DNA of 64,000 nucleotides, taken from NCBI GenBank assembly GCA_977030845.1, contig OZ365114.1, forward strand, positions 22,630,001-22,694,000, written 5' to 3'. Under the pieces are notes generated by a model that had not been told where the DNA came from, ran no database searches, and saw nothing but the letters and a program-made list of their open reading frames with translations. Positions 54,899 through 64,000 of the stretch are shown here, one piece after another. A program made the translations under genes and the position numbers. Source of the DNA: Fimbriosthenelais zetlandica (lineage: Eukaryota). How positions within the stretch are numbered: position 1 is the stretch's first letter; each line of letters opens with the position of its first letter.

Positions 54899-55981
54899 CT
54901 GATATAGAGGGTGGGAAACGAGGGTTTTATCTTGAGAGTGGCCAAGTGACCTCATGTACCGACCTCCCAGGAGTCACATGGGGGTGGTTAGTAGGTCAGT
55001 CCAACGAGTGGTCAGTCTACTACCAAGCCTCCCCCTGTTGCTCCTGGTCCCACCATCCTATAGTGAGGTGTAAATCCATCACTTGTAACTCATCAAAAGG
55101 AGAATTACTCATTGAGTTTCTTTTTTATAATCATTCTGTGTCGTGCACACATCGATGGTGGGATGGGATATATGTCTTATGTCACCATTATAGTCTACAG
55201 TAGAAATTGGCATAGAAGAGGAGTCGAAGAACATAAGTCCAATGTGTATAAAGAGCGTGCACTATTACTTTCCACTCATCCAGAGAAGGAGGGGTAGGGA
55301 GGAGGGGAGGTGGGGTGAGTCTGGTGATAGGGAGAAGCTCTCGTCTATATGTGGGGTGCACCATTGAGTTGGTGCTGTAATGGGAATGACATGTTATGCC
55401 TGATTATTTCAGGCTCTCCTTATTACTCTAGTAAGAATTGGTTGTTCCTCCTGGATAAATGAGATAAATAAAGAAACGAAACAATTCTAATGTAGATGTA
55501 TCCCACAAACAGGGAATCAAATCCCATTGAAGTCATGAAATGATTGCATGGAATGAATCCTTGGAATACAAATTAACAATAGTGACCCAATAAGTTATAA
55601 CCAATCTATGTAAAAAAGGAAGACAATAACAGTGACCCAGCTGTCTCATGGAAGTCAACGCTAACTAGGCTGCAGTGACCTCAATAAATGACCTAGCTCG
55701 AATCAGGCAACATGGGAGAAACTCTTCCAAAAGACATGCACTGACCTCCTTTTGACCTTCGCAGTGCTGACCCTGGAGGATGTGTGTGTATGACCAGAGA
55801 CCATATAAGTCTCTGGTATGACACAGGGGTCTATGAGTGTGTGTATGTTGGGTGAAGCAGGCGGAAAGGTGGATGAGTGGCTACGAATGTGTAGAGGGGA
55901 CAAATATAGTCACAAGTCATCAGTTCTAACTCATTACAAGTTAAAATACTTATCAGTCTTGTCTATTCTAATGTGTGACGT

Positions 55982-56124
55982 GTACTAAACGCAATAGTGA
56001 CCTCCACTGAATCCGGTATCGTTCACTATTGCTGACGAAGCCACGCGGCCTGCGGCCTTGTGGCTTTATCAGCAATAGTGAACGATACCGGATTCAGTGT
56101 CGGTCACTATGGCGTAAATAGTAC
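55982..56124. repeat. ~143-bp palindromic element
   Basis: Perfect 31-bp arms at 56005-56035 and 56069-56099, inner stem AAGCCAC/GTGGCTT, GC-rich loop, and imperfect outer arms. Confidence 0.85.
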
Positions 56125-56333
56125 CTATACCTTTTTAACATTGCACATGATTGAATTGTATTACATGTCATGATAGTACTCTCCTTTCACCATCAAGCTC
56201 AAATGGGCATAGAGCCAACTTTATGTCCTTTGCAAAAGCAAAGTAGCTCTGCTGTGTTTTGGCCTGGTTTGAAAATAGATACAATCCAAAACACAGCGCT
56301 TCGATATCATCCTAGTAAATCTATGGGAGCAAG

Positions 56334-57044
56334 TGTTAATGTGGCGACATCTGTGTCATGGTTGGGTTAAGGATGTTTAATGGTTAAATACTGATTCTGT
56401 GACATTCTTGTTTATTATAAATTACACCTTTGATGTTGAATATCTTAGACGTTTAGGTGCCATGATTATAACATTAATCTCGATGATAAATAATATCATG
56501 TGTAGGGGCTGCCAGCTTTCTTGTGTTTGGTCTAGGCTGACAACTTAAACAATGGCCAGCATTTATGCTAGCTACTGTGAAAGCTTTGTTTGGTAGTGTG
56601 TTCAGGTCAAGTTTATGATGCTGTGTGATTTATGTTAGAATGCTTTATGTCAAGCTGATGATGCTGTGAAAAGCTTAATGGGAATGCTTTCTTTTACAAC
56701 TTACAAGCTGGAGCTGATGGACTATAAAGAGGCCTAGCTCAAGTCTCTCTGGGTCACTTGTTGACTCCCGAATTATTGGGCAACAACTCCACCACTAACA
56801 TTCTACTGTCTTCACCTACCATCTATTCTTGGGGGATATTACTGGGAAAGGAATACAGCTAGGATTGTACTCAACTAGGATTGTATTTGGACTTTGTGAA
56901 TTGTATCTTTGGACATCTATTGTATATCATATATATCATATATGTTGGATATTATATAAGGCATAAATAAATAAGTGGCAAGCCATTAAAGCAAACGATC
57001 TCTGGTCGTCTCTAATATACAGAGGTCAGCCCCGTATATTTACA
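56334..57044 (+). repeat. 5' LTR (~711 bp, TG...CA)
   Basis: Begins TGTTAAT and ends ATTTACA (imperfect inverted termini). TATAAA at 56723 and AATAAA at 56966. Matches the copy at 63655. The 3' boundary is inferred from the CA and the adjacent PBS. Confidence 0.9.
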
Positions 57045-57045
57045 C

Positions 57046-57063
57046 TGGTGTGAGAACCCGGTT
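57046..57063 (+). promoter_or_regulatory. Primer-binding site
   Basis: TGGTGTGAGAACC starts 1 nt after the LTR end. It resembles a tRNA-Leu type PBS (TGGTGTCAGAA) with a mismatch; primer identity is not certain. Confidence 0.7.
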
Positions 57064-57161
57064 TGGCTTGCCCTTAATTTTGCCTTGGACATATTGCACA
57101 ATCAGGCCCACAGGGATACAGAGGCCAGGCCAGGAGGCCAATAACACAATAACCCACGTAT

Positions 57162-58622
57162 ATGCCTGGGAAGTATCCTACTGAGCCAACTCAGATTAGA
57201 ACAAGAAGTGGGGTAAATTTCTCTGAGCGTTTCAATCAAACATACACTGGAGCCAACAATAATACAGGAGACATATCCACAGAGCCTCTAACAGAAGACA
57301 ATCCAGACAATCTCTTACACACTATAGAAACCTACAGCCTTGCATCAGGACCAATACAAGACCAAGTCATCATGGCGGCAGAGGCTTTGGATTTTTTGAC
57401 AAGAAGACCTGCAGAACCTAGGCCTTTCTCAGGTTCCGATGACGAGGATATCAGGGATTTTATCGAAAATTGTGAACTATGGGGAGAATCTTTTGCAGAA
57501 CGTATGGGGCCTGAAATTGTTAAAAGACTCCCAAAGTGGCTAGAAGGGGATGCAAAGAACTGGTACAGAGCATGTGTAAAGGGCCAGGGAGATGAGACAT
57601 GGGAAAGTGTCAAACAGAAACTTTGTAAAATGTATGATTTACTAACAGAGAAAGACAAGAGGGACTTAATGGCAGTTAAAATGCGAGAGTCAGAAGACGT
57701 AAAGGAATTCAACAAAAGGTTCCTCCAGAGGATCAATAAAGCAGGTATCGAGGACCCCGAAACACAAATAAACAGGTACTTGGACAATGTGACTCCCAAA
57801 TATTACAACATTGTGACAAGGGGAAAAGCTACCACACTGCATACAGCCATAGAACTAGTTAACGACTTTAGTAAGGAGGAGAGGCAGAATAAACAAGTTG
57901 ACTTGGAGGATGTCTTTGAGACAATGAAGGCACTGATTGACAAAAAAATAACGAGCACTGTTCAATCAGTAATGCAATCCCAGCAACCACCATTTCAATT
58001 GGAAAGCCAATCTTCTTCCCATTACAAACAACAAATGCCCATGCACTTTCCTCAACAGCTAGCCCAACCAGACATGGTTCCGGTGTGTACCTATTGTAGT
58101 AACAGGGGACATGTGGAAAGGGCATGTAGGCAGAAGATGCGGGCAGAGAACCAACAGAGGAAACAGGCAATAACATGTGGTTATTGCGGACGCATGGGCC
58201 ATCAAGAAGCAGCTTGCAGAAACAGGAAATGTATATGGTGCAGCGGCCAGGGTCACTCACCAGACAACTGTGTCCTTAAGCAACAGATGCAGCAGATGTT
58301 GTCAGCCTGGCAAGGGAACAATATACCTCAAGGTACTAGCCATGGAGACATCCAAGCACCTCAAATGGGTCGCCAACCTCCTAATGTACAGTGCTACATC
58401 TGTTGGCAGTGGGGACACATTTCAAGGAGATGCCCACAAGGTCAATGGGGAGCATACCAACCCATGTGGCAGAACACTCAGCCATCCAGGAACCAGCCAT
58501 CACCTCAAGCACAACAGACAATGCAGCAGCAACACCAGTCTTGGGTAGCTGGCCAACAGGTCAATAATCTCTTGTCACAGGAGGACCAAGAGCCACCAAT
58601 GGAACAGGTTTACCCAAACTAG
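57162..58622 (+). CDS. gag: Gag polyprotein (retrotransposon capsid-like region plus four CCHC zinc knuckles)
   Basis: 486-aa ORF after the PBS. Capsid-like segment (PFSGSDDEDIRDFIENCE...WYR...W) and four CX2CX4HX4C motifs; Gln-rich C-terminus. Confidence 0.95.
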   Translation: MPGKYPTEPTQIRTRSGVNFSERFNQTYTGANNNTGDISTEPLTEDNPDNLLHTIETYSLASGPIQDQVIMAAEALDFLTRRPAEPRPFSGSDDEDIRDFIENCELWGESFAERMGPEIVKRLPKWLEGDAKNWYRACVKGQGDETWESVKQKLCKMYDLLTEKDKRDLMAVKMRESEDVKEFNKRFLQRINKAGIEDPETQINRYLDNVTPKYYNIVTRGKATTLHTAIELVNDFSKEERQNKQVDLEDVFETMKALIDKKITSTVQSVMQSQQPPFQLESQSSSHYKQQMPMHFPQQLAQPDMVPVCTYCSNRGHVERACRQKMRAENQQRKQAITCGYCGRMGHQEAACRNRKCIWCSGQGHSPDNCVLKQQMQQMLSAWQGNNIPQGTSHGDIQAPQMGRQPPNVQCYICWQWGHISRRCPQGQWGAYQPMWQNTQPSRNQPSPQAQQTMQQQHQSWVAGQQVNNLLSQEDQEPPMEQVYPN

Positions 58623-58662
58623 ATAGCCTCCCAACTGGTAAGCGTGGGGGTAGGGAGGCTAT
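58613..58662 (+). promoter_or_regulatory. Putative -1 programmed ribosomal frameshift signal (C CCA AAC plus stem-loop)
   Basis: X XXY YYZ heptamer in gag frame directly before the gag TAG; pol is in the -1 frame. A 10-bp stem ATAGCCTCCC (58623-58632) / GGGAGGCTAT (58653-58662) follows. Confidence 0.8.
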
Positions 58663-58675
58663 AGATAGATCGGTC

Positions 58676-61600
58676 ATGAAAGACTCTAAAGGTAGTGTTA
58701 GTTCTAATGTCACAAGTCACAAAACAAATGATTTGAGATCAGTATGGGGTAACAAGGGACCCGTACTCTACTCAAATGTGAATGACACTAAATTGCCTTA
58801 TACATATGATCTAACAAAAATTGACCCACGCACACATAAAGTAGATGCAGTTTTGCAAGGGATGGGTGTCAGAGTCCTTGTAGATACAGGGGCATCCCTG
58901 TCAATTATTTCTAAAGAAGTTTTCTCTGAGCTCACAGAAGGCAAAAAAGTAAAATTAGGTAAAGGTACAAGGTGCATGGTTGCAGACTCCTCGACTGTGG
59001 AGTCATTGGGAGTGTGGTCCACCAGGATACAAATTGGATCAATCTCTTATGCCATTGAATTCCAGGTTTGGCCTGATGTCTCAGCACACATTATCCTAGG
59101 GACAGATTTCCTCATACAACAAGAAATAGTGATTAGTTATAGGGATGCAGTTACACCAGTAAGGGAACCTATGCAGGTGAAAATAGAAAGGGAGGTGAGT
59201 GTGCCACCACATTCTGAAGCTATTGTAAGAGGCATTGTAACATCAGGAGCGGAATGTCTAGATGGGGACTTATGGTTTGACCCAATATCCTTCGGCACGG
59301 GTTTAGTTGGGGCCGCAGCAGTAGTCACTGTTACAGAGGGTCTCATCCCAATTAGAGTGTGTAACTTCTCCACAGAAATGAGGACAATTAAATTGGGAAG
59401 GAGGGTAGGATGGTTGAACCCAGAAAAAACAAACTGGGTAATGGCAGTAGGACAGGGTGATAGAAAAAAACAGGGATGCAGAGGGCAAGAGGAGGACTGG
59501 CTTCCACAGGTAGATTTGGAAGGGAGCCAGTTACCAGAAGGAGAAAAAGAGAAAGTAAGGCAGTTATGTGGAATGTTTAAGGAGGCGTTTGTAGGTCCAG
59601 ATGGCCAGTTGGGGTGCACTGACCTGGTAGAGCACCACATCAAATTAAAACCAGATACCAAACCAGTGTCCAAAATGCCTTTTCGCCAGTCACCAGTGAT
59701 GAGGAGAATGATGGACGAACTGGTACAGGAACAGACTAGGCAGGGGGTGATTGAGCCATGTTTTGGCTCTGAGTGGGCATCACCTGCATTCTTGGTGGCC
59801 AAGGGAAATGCTGTCCCAGGAGATTCCAGCAAATGGAGAATGGTCATTGATTTCAGGGGCCTCAATGCATGCACTATTCCCCAATTCACACACATCCCCA
59901 GGGTGGATGATATCTTGGACAATGTGGGACAGATTAAGCCAACAATATTTTCTTGTCTGGACCTCCAGTCTGGGTTCCATCAGGTCCCCATTGCTCAGGA
60001 AGATAGAGACATAACAGCCTTCATGACAGCCTCTGGGGAGAAATACCGCTTTACCAAATTACCAATGGGTATGTCAAACAGTCCACGCACATTTCAAATG
60101 CTAATGGATATGGTCTTAGCAGGGTTTAAATATAAGACATGTCTGGTGTATTTGGATGACATTGTTATTTTCTCCCCCGATGTCGACACACATCTGAAAG
60201 ATCTGCAAGATGTGTTTGAACGTCTCATAGAAGCAGGACTAAAGCTCAAACCTTCAAAATGTGTGATGTGTCGGGATAAGTTGAAATACCTTGGCCACAC
60301 TATCTCCAAAAATGGGATAGCACCACATAATGATAATGTCAAACCCATCCAACTGATGAAGCCCCCTACTAAGTTGGTGGAAGTCCAGCAGTATTTGGGT
60401 ATGGTGGGGTACTACAGGCGTTTCATAAAGGGTTATGCCACCCGTGCCAAGCCCCTAACATTGCTGACCAAAAAGGAACAACCTTGGATCTGGGGCGAGG
60501 AACAGCAGAAGGCTTTCGAGGACCTAAGGAAGGCTATCACATCAGCTGAGGTATTAGCCTACCCTGATTTTACTAAAGAATTCACCTTAGGAACTGATGC
60601 TTCAAATGTGGGTATAGGGGCAGAATTGACTCAGATTGATGACAGTGGCAGGCGAAGGCCAGTGGCCTATGCAGGAAAGACCCTAGATGAGGCAGAACAG
60701 AGATACTCAACTACAGAGAAAGAGCTGCTTGCCGTCGCTTGGGCTGTTGACTACTTCAGAGTGTATTTAGAAGGTCGAAAATTTATTCTGAAAACAGACC
60801 ATATGGCTCTAAAATGGCTTCTGAGATCCAACAAACCCAAAGGTAAATTTGCAAGATGGGCTTTGACTTTGCAGGGTTTCAACTACGAAGTACACCATGT
60901 CCCAGGGCCACAGAATGTTGTACCAGATGCCTTATCCAGACTGAAATTTGAAACTTCCCCAGATGAAAGGAACCTTCCAGAGGACTTAACTATCCAGACA
61001 GTGAGTAAAGCTACATTTTCTGGACAAATTAAGGAGGTTTTGCCAGTGAATGCTATCTGTTCCATTACAGAACTTGCAGAAGGAAAAAATAGAGCTGCAG
61101 GCAAGAAAAAAAGAGTTGACAAAGCTCTGCAGTCATTAAATACAGATGTTCAAAAGGAGGGTTTAAATTTAAAAATCATTGCAAGGGAACAGGACAAGGA
61201 TTCCTTAGTGGCAGAAATAATAGACTTCCTCGGAACAGGAGAGCTCCCTGACAACCCAAAAAGAGCTAGGGAAATAGTACTGACAGAACCTGACCATTTC
61301 CTTCATGAGGGAATCCTGTATAGGATGGGTCATACAGGACTAGGGGGAGAGTTGAGGGCACTGATTGTTGTACCAGAAAGCCTAGTTAACCAGATCATCA
61401 CCTTGTACCATGAAGGAGACCTGGGAGGACACCTTGGCCCAGGAAAGATCATTCCTATTTTGAGGAAAAAATATTTCTGGAAAGCAATGAATAAAGATGT
61501 GAGAGCTTACTGCAACTCATGTCATTTATGCAGCTCAACAAAGAGAATGACACATCCCATCCGGGCCCCCATGACTTTGAGGGACCCTGCTCCACGACCT

Positions 61601-62830
61601 TGGGCCATTATCAACATGGATGCCATAGAAAACCTCCCAACAACGAAGAGTGGCAACAAACATATCATAAATGTGGTAGATTACTATTCACGCTACCTGG
61701 TATCCTTTGCCACCCCAGATTTGAAGGCTGAAACCTTGGTAAAGCACTTCTTTTCTAAGGTAGTATTTAGGACAGGAGGAGTCCGCGAAGTGGTTAGTGA
61801 CAATGGGAGTGCTTTCTGTTCGAATGTGTTTGCAGAATTCTGTGCCAGAACAGGCATTAGACAAACTTTCATCACAGCTTTAAACCCAAAGGCATCAGGA
61901 TTAGTTGAGAGAATGAATAGAACAGTGCTAACAATACTACGAAATATAGTCTCTCAGAAACAGGATGACTGGGATGAACACCTACCATTTGTAGAGCACC
62001 TTGTAAACACCAGCCCTGCCTTTGCAACAGGCCAGACTCCATACTTAATGATTCATGGGGTAGAACCTATCCACCCTGTAGAAACAAAACTGATCGATCC
62101 TATGGAGGATGAAAGTAATCTTAGACAGGTTTTTGTGGACCTCTTGGAAAAACAAGAGGCCGTAGGTAAGGCAGGCAAGGAAGTTTTAGAAAAAAACCAA
62201 CAAGAAATGAAAAAAAGATACGACACTCGAACATACAAACCTGATCTAAGTGCAGGAGATATTGTTTACCTCTACTGGCCACGAATCTCTGGCCCAGGTG
62301 TGAAACTGAAACTTGCCAAAATCTACCATGGCCCTATGGTTATCTTCAGGTTCATCACAGACAAGACTGTTGTATTGAAGAGACTACAGGATGGTAAAAT
62401 CATGACAAAGCCTGTAACTGTGGATAGATTGAAAAAGGGTTCACTAAGAGAAGTTACCAAAACATGGGCCCCTTTGACTGGTGACTTTGAGGATGCACAA
62501 GAGTTGGAAGAAATAGATTTTCCAGATGACAGTTTCCTTCCCCATGAAATGGGAGACAAAGGTACAGAAAAAGAGGAGTTGCCCCAGACTGTACCACCCC
62601 AAAGGCCCGAAGCATGTAAATCAAAGTTAGGGAAAGACTTTTTCCCCATCAAGGATATAATAGATATTGCAAAGATCAGTGGTGAAGGGCTACGGTTCAA
62701 AGTCAAATTTAAAGATGGAGACATTAAATGGGTCACTGAAAATTCTCTGAACCAAGCAGCAAAAGACAAATATCTAGACAGAGGATTACAGGAAATAAGG
62801 GAGGTCCCACATCTATTAAGGAGCATGTAA
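58676..62830 (+). CDS. pol: Pol polyprotein: aspartic protease, RT, RNase H, integrase, chromodomain-like tail
   Basis: 1384 aa from the first ATG, with the frame open from 58568. Motifs: DTGAS (protease), YLDD (RT), TDAS (RNase H), HHCC plus D-D-E (integrase), GPM in place of GPY/F. Confidence 0.97.
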   Translation: MKDSKGSVSSNVTSHKTNDLRSVWGNKGPVLYSNVNDTKLPYTYDLTKIDPRTHKVDAVLQGMGVRVLVDTGASLSIISKEVFSELTEGKKVKLGKGTRCMVADSSTVESLGVWSTRIQIGSISYAIEFQVWPDVSAHIILGTDFLIQQEIVISYRDAVTPVREPMQVKIEREVSVPPHSEAIVRGIVTSGAECLDGDLWFDPISFGTGLVGAAAVVTVTEGLIPIRVCNFSTEMRTIKLGRRVGWLNPEKTNWVMAVGQGDRKKQGCRGQEEDWLPQVDLEGSQLPEGEKEKVRQLCGMFKEAFVGPDGQLGCTDLVEHHIKLKPDTKPVSKMPFRQSPVMRRMMDELVQEQTRQGVIEPCFGSEWASPAFLVAKGNAVPGDSSKWRMVIDFRGLNACTIPQFTHIPRVDDILDNVGQIKPTIFSCLDLQSGFHQVPIAQEDRDITAFMTASGEKYRFTKLPMGMSNSPRTFQMLMDMVLAGFKYKTCLVYLDDIVIFSPDVDTHLKDLQDVFERLIEAGLKLKPSKCVMCRDKLKYLGHTISKNGIAPHNDNVKPIQLMKPPTKLVEVQQYLGMVGYYRRFIKGYATRAKPLTLLTKKEQPWIWGEEQQKAFEDLRKAITSAEVLAYPDFTKEFTLGTDASNVGIGAELTQIDDSGRRRPVAYAGKTLDEAEQRYSTTEKELLAVAWAVDYFRVYLEGRKFILKTDHMALKWLLRSNKPKGKFARWALTLQGFNYEVHHVPGPQNVVPDALSRLKFETSPDERNLPEDLTIQTVSKATFSGQIKEVLPVNAICSITELAEGKNRAAGKKKRVDKALQSLNTDVQKEGLNLKIIAREQDKDSLVAEIIDFLGTGELPDNPKRAREIVLTEPDHFLHEGILYRMGHTGLGGELRALIVVPESLVNQIITLYHEGDLGGHLGPGKIIPILRKKYFWKAMNKDVRAYCNSCHLCSSTKRMTHPIRAPMTLRDPAPRPWAIINMDAIENLPTTKSGNKHIINVVDYYSRYLVSFATPDLKAETLVKHFFSKVVFRTGGVREVVSDNGSAFCSNVFAEFCARTGIRQTFITALNPKASGLVERMNRTVLTILRNIVSQKQDDWDEHLPFVEHLVNTSPAFATGQTPYLMIHGVEPIHPVETKLIDPMEDESNLRQVFVDLLEKQEAVGKAGKEVLEKNQQEMKKRYDTRTYKPDLSAGDIVYLYWPRISGPGVKLKLAKIYHGPMVIFRFITDKTVVLKRLQDGKIMTKPVTVDRLKKGSLREVTKTWAPLTGDFEDAQELEEIDFPDDSFLPHEMGDKGTEKEELPQTVPPQRPEACKSKLGKDFFPIKDIIDIAKISGEGLRFKVKFKDGDIKWVTENSLNQAAKDKYLDRGLQEIREVPHLLRSM

Positions 62831-63634
62831 ATAACTAGATAGTGTAAAATATTAGTCAGATATGAAGCATAAGATACACCTTATATTGGTATATGATAGT
62901 CACAGTATAGTACAGCAAGAAAACCATCCATAAGTGATCTTGCAAAATAAGCCCACCATTGTGGCCGAGCCAAGGCTTGCAAACCCACTATCTGTGGTCA
63001 GGTATTAACCTGCAATTTCAAGTTTCTAAGAATAATATGCTACGGTATATTAAAAAGGAAACAGAAGGTATTATAATTATAAAGGGAAATTACAGAAACA
63101 AGGAGGACAGGATTAGTAAGTTTGGGACAGGAAGATTTTTGTCTGTATTCAGGCCTCCCATAATGACCCACAATATCCTGGTGACCATTAACCATGCTAA
63201 GGTAAAATACAGCCACATATTGCATATTTCTTGATAATAATATTAAAGACTGCATAAACATTATACTCTATTATCATGTACATTTCTTGTGTTAGCTTTA
63301 AGACAGATAAATGTTCTGTACTGTAATTATTTTCCACTGTGGGAAATACGCTATTTTTGTGGATATATATTATTGTCTTGTACTATTGAATTACAGAACA
63401 TTTTGAATTCATTAACTGGTGAAAACGTGAGTGTGTGTTTTTGTCTGGGTGGGCACACATGGAACGTACCCTTATTACATCCAGACACTTTGGTTGAGCT
63501 AGAAACCTTTCTATGCAGGTTCTGATAATGTGATACCTTATGTATATATTGACTTTTTATTTTTCCTTGAACAATCCTTTGATATATTGCATGTACATCT
63601 GTGGAATTATACATAGGTTTCGCCCGGGAGTGCG

Positions 63635-63654
63635 AAAAGTAAAGAGGGAGGGAA
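63635..63654 (+). promoter_or_regulatory. Polypurine tract
   Basis: AAAAGTAAAGAGGGAGGGAA directly abuts the 3' LTR. Confidence 0.85.
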
Positions 63655-64000
63655 TGTTAATGTGGCGACATCTGTGTCATGGTTGGGTTAAGGATGTTTA
63701 ATGGTTAAATACTGATTCTGTGACATTCTTGTTTATTATAAATTACACCTTTGATGTTGAATATCTTAGACGTTTAGGTGCCATGATTATAACATTAATC
63801 TCGATGATAAATAATATCATGTGTAGGGGCTGCCAGCTTTCTTGTGTTTGGTCTAGGCTGACAACTTAAACAATGGCCAGCATTTATGCTAGCTACTGTG
63901 AAAGCTTTGTTTGGTAGTGTGTTCAGGTCAAGTTTATGATGCTGTGTGATTTATGTTAGAATGCTTTATGTCAAGCTGATGATGCTGTGAAAAGCTTAAT
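63655..64000 (+). repeat. 3' LTR (partial, runs off window)
   Basis: Read by eye, the 346 visible bases are identical to the start of the 5' LTR. Confidence 0.95.

Larger units (their letters stand above)
56334..64000 (+). mobile_element. Ty3/Gypsy LTR retrotransposon, apparently intact; 3' LTR cut by window end
   Basis: Direct repeats starting TGTTAATGTGGCGAC at 56334 and 63655. PBS-like TGG after the 5' LTR, polypurine tract before the 3' LTR, and gag plus pol with PR-RT-RNaseH-IN order (Gypsy order). Confidence 0.97.

Noticed and set aside
57332-62826. Minus-strand and off-frame ORFs inside the retrotransposon (e.g. 57332-57799, 59137-59922, 62323-62826)
   Set aside because: Antisense shadows of gag and pol codon structure.
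62831-63634. Possible env gene
   Set aside because: Only short ORFs (91 aa or less) with no signal peptide, fusion or transmembrane pattern; treated as 3' UTR.

Overview
Eukaryotic genomic DNA, AT-rich and repeat-rich, probably from a marine invertebrate (the taxon cannot be fixed from the sequence). Four well-supported blocks are present. (1) An apparently intact, very young Ty3/Gypsy LTR retrotransposon runs from 56334 to the window end. It has identical LTRs, a Gag with four CCHC knuckles, a canonical -1 frameshift signal, PR-RT-RH-IN, and a chromodomain-like tail. (2) A spliced minus-strand gene (exons at 41502-41441, 41269-41093 and 40975-40160) encodes an ionotropic-glutamate-receptor ligand-binding domain. 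Its S1 is joined straight to S2 by about 6 residues, so the M1-P-M3 pore is absent, and the protein ends in a basic stalk plus a GPI-like hydrophobic tail. This candidate natural channel-less glutamate-binding protein is the most interesting feature. (3) An orphan 610-codon, low-complexity minus-strand ORF lies at 37186-35354. (4) A ~4.7 kb mosaic at 29.9-34.7 kb contains at least nine tRNA-like Pol III modules and alternating inverted blocks that form kb-scale palindromes. The rest is non-coding, with MITEs, SINE heads, hairpins, microsatellites and unidentifiable decayed coding-like tracts. Most short ORFs in the supplied track are noise or antisense shadows.
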